The position numbers were made by a program, and so were the translations under genes. A stretch of DNA of 64,000 bases, from contig CBDBDQ010000005.1 in NCBI GenBank assembly GCA_965203905.1, positions 1,152,001 through 1,216,000 on the forward strand, read 5' to 3'. How positions within the stretch are numbered: the first letter of the stretch is position 1; every line of letters begins with the position of its first letter. This DNA is from Spirochaetia bacterium (lineage in GTDB: Bacteria > Spirochaetota > Spirochaetia > SZUA-6 > Bin103). Of the stretch, positions 61,925-64,000 are shown in pieces. A model generated the notes under the pieces. It was not told the DNA's origin and did not search any database. It was given only the letters and a program-made list of their open reading frames with translations.

Positions 61925-62920
61925 CTACCGGCGGTGCAGACGCTTCCGGAAGTCGGCCTCGCTGACGCAGGCGGTGGCGGCCGCGACGATGGCGTGGCGG
62001 GGCAGTTCGGCGAAGCCGGACACGCCGGGGAATCCGGGCGAGAGCACGATGCCGCGCGCCGCCAACAGCGCTCGTGCAAACTCGATGCGTTCTTCCGCGC
62101 GGCCTTCCGCGCGGCTGCGGCGGCGCTGCGCGCCCAGCAGGGGGTCGTCGTCCGGGCCGGTGCCCTCCCGCTCCCCGAGCGCCGCTCCCACCCGCTCCAG
62201 TACCACGCTGGTCGGCACCGAAAGCGTGTCCTCGTTCAGCGCCACGTGGATCTCCGCCGCCGTCCAGCCAGGAAACGCCCGGCTCTCCGCCACCTGCCGA
62301 TACGCCCCATCCTCCAGCAGGTGGATGGTCAGTCCCGAGCGCCGGCTGCGCGGCCGGCTCGGCGCACCCACATCGGGCACCTCGATCCACACTTCCGGAA
62401 ACCCCCACGCCTCGTACTGCGGCAGCTTGCGCCGGCGCGCGTCGGTGCTGTGGTCCACTTCCAGCACCACCTCCGGGAAGTCGTGCTCGCCGACCGTCAG
62501 CACCGGGCGCGGCAACCGGGCGCGCGCCGGGTGCAGGTACACCAGCTCGTCCGCCTGCATGATGAGCCGCGCCTTGCCGTGCGCGTCGCGCTCGGTCAGG
62601 TCGGTGCTGCCGAGGCACTTCACCGGCGCGCCGCGCACCTGGGAAATGAGCTTGGCCGACTCCGTCAAGAGGCGCGTGGGGCCTTCGTGATAGGAGCTCA
62701 CCGGATCGCAGATCCAGGCGGTCTCGGAGACGGTGTCCCAGTACTCCAGCCGGATCTCGCAGTCGTCCAGTTCCTCGCGCGGCAGGCGCACCGGCTTGCA
62801 GCCGGGGAAGTCCGCCGCCGTGGGCGGCTGGAAGCCGGGCGCCGGGTCCGCGGGCTGAGCCGTTCCCGGCGCCGGGGCCGGCGCCTCGACCTGCGGACCG
62901 AGCGGGCGTACCGAAGCCAT
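61925..62920 (-). CDS. Uma2-family (PD-(D/E)XK) endonuclease
   Basis: RLEYWD, YHE, MQADE, PEVVLEVD, K...YE.WGFPEVW, SRAFPG. Confidence 0.85.
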   Translation of the reverse strand: MASVRPLGPQVEAPAPAPGTAQPADPAPGFQPPTAADFPGCKPVRLPREELDDCEIRLEYWDTVSETAWICDPVSSYHEGPTRLLTESAKLISQVRGAPVKCLGSTDLTERDAHGKARLIMQADELVYLHPARARLPRPVLTVGEHDFPEVVLEVDHSTDARRRKLPQYEAWGFPEVWIEVPDVGAPSRPRSRRSGLTIHLLEDGAYRQVAESRAFPGWTAAEIHVALNEDTLSVPTSVVLERVGAALGEREGTGPDDDPLLGAQRRRSRAEGRAEERIEFARALLAARGIVLSPGFPGVSGFAELPRHAIVAAATACVSEADFRKRLHRR

Positions 62921-63489
62921 GCCGGCACGGTACGGCATTCCCCCGGCCCGATGCAACCGCGCGCTCCGGACGGACGCGCCCTGACCGCAGCCCTTTCGGT
63001 CGTGCCGGCCACCACGATTGTCTCGGTAGTGTCGGTACCGTGCACTACCACACAGAAAGAATGCACCCGCTCGGATACCCTCGGATACCCGGGCCGGCGC
63101 CGCCGGGCAGATGCCTGAAGATGTGAAGATGTTGCGAGCCATACCCTCTTCAACGGGCCCCGGTTCGCCGCGCTTTCGGCGCTCGGGCTCCACCGCTACC
63201 TGGCCTCCCCGCGGTGCGAACCCGGAATGGGTGTGGGTTATACAACCTGGAACTGCTCGTAGTATCGGCGCCGTCCATACGCCGTCTTCAAGGGCGTGCG
63301 CCAGCGGCGAACGTCCGCGGCCTGCCTCACGCCTGACCCCGCTCAGGTGGGCACTTGCCTCTAGACCGAACGAGACGATACCGGGCCGAACATCCAATTG
63401 GCAAAGGGGCTCTCCACCGCCGTCGTTATCAGCCGAACGACCAACGCGCCGCCACCTGGCTTCCATAGCGGAACCGACTCGAGAGCTTC

Positions 63490-63597
63490 TCAGCGTTTCT
63501 TGTCTTTGCGGTCGCGGGCCACGATATAGACCACCCATCCGCACGCCGCTGCGAAACACAAAGCGAATACCACGATGATTACAATACTCGACCCCAT
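63490..63597 (-). CDS. Possible 35-aa single-pass membrane peptide
   Basis: Manual translation MGSSIVIIVVFALCFAAACGWVVYIVARDRKDKKR. Confidence 0.35.
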   Translation of the reverse strand: MGSSIVIIVVFALCFAAACGWVVYIVARDRKDKKR

Positions 63598-64000
63598 CGC
63601 AGCAGCACTCACTACCCGCTCATGTCAGCAGTATGGCCGTCAGCAGCCAACAGAGCACCGGCAGTGAAATGCTGTCATCGGTTGCCGACCATGCCCCTTG
63701 ATCGTTGCCCGGCCACGGAGACTCAGGCAAACCGGTGTCGGCGTATACATCGGCCCATATCTCGACCGAGCGTGACGCCGTAACTGCCCGCCGGCACCCT
63801 ATCACCATTGGAATCGCAGTACGGCAACCGCTGCCACCCTGCCCCATGCAGTAGAGCGATTCATTTGATTAATTGGGCGCCACCCTAACAGTACCGGGAA
63901 CGACCAGTCAAACCGCGTGACCACAGTGTGTCGGAACCGTGACTTCCGCCCCTTCAGCGGCCCTCAGACGCATCGCAGGGCCAATAACGCCCCGCGGCCT

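Noticed and set aside
61925-63559. 544-aa version of the Uma2 ORF
   Set aside because: The first ~210 residues look non-coding; family similarity begins near ATG 62920

Overview
High-GC bacterial window of housekeeping and metabolic genes interleaved with short, lower-GC accessory inserts and many decayed genes. The host is unknown; abundant PhyH, Uma2, Rpn, AAA and HNH paralogs plus M30-peptidase lipoproteins would fit an uncultured spirochaete-like or host-associated organism, but this is only inference. The ordinary content includes a sirtuin, a MacAB-like ABC system, a heterodimeric ABC exporter, pncA/pncB, a molybdo-flavoprotein accessory cluster lacking its large subunit, a nucleoside hydrolase, acs, DsbA and a lipoprotein/beta-barrel locus. 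Main candidates for new biology: (1) a promoter-driven ~65-nt three-helix RNA ending in a U-tract directly before a DUF3800 gene, arranged like a type III toxin-antitoxin locus; (2) two overlapping paralogous genes that each carry an RxxxxH HEPN-like motif; (3) a ~4.3-kb four-gene DDE element with subterminal inverted repeats carrying a RepA/AAA_25 helicase-like gene; (4) a small WHGYP protein plus an HTH-less ImmA/IrrE peptidase; (5) a tandem Zn-ribbon / Zn-ribbon-Rpn fusion operon; (6) an OLD-like ATPase-TOPRIM gene bracketed by a duplicated 43-bp promoter/start-codon element. No rRNA, tRNA or CRISPR array was seen. All family calls come from motif recognition by eye, not database searches.
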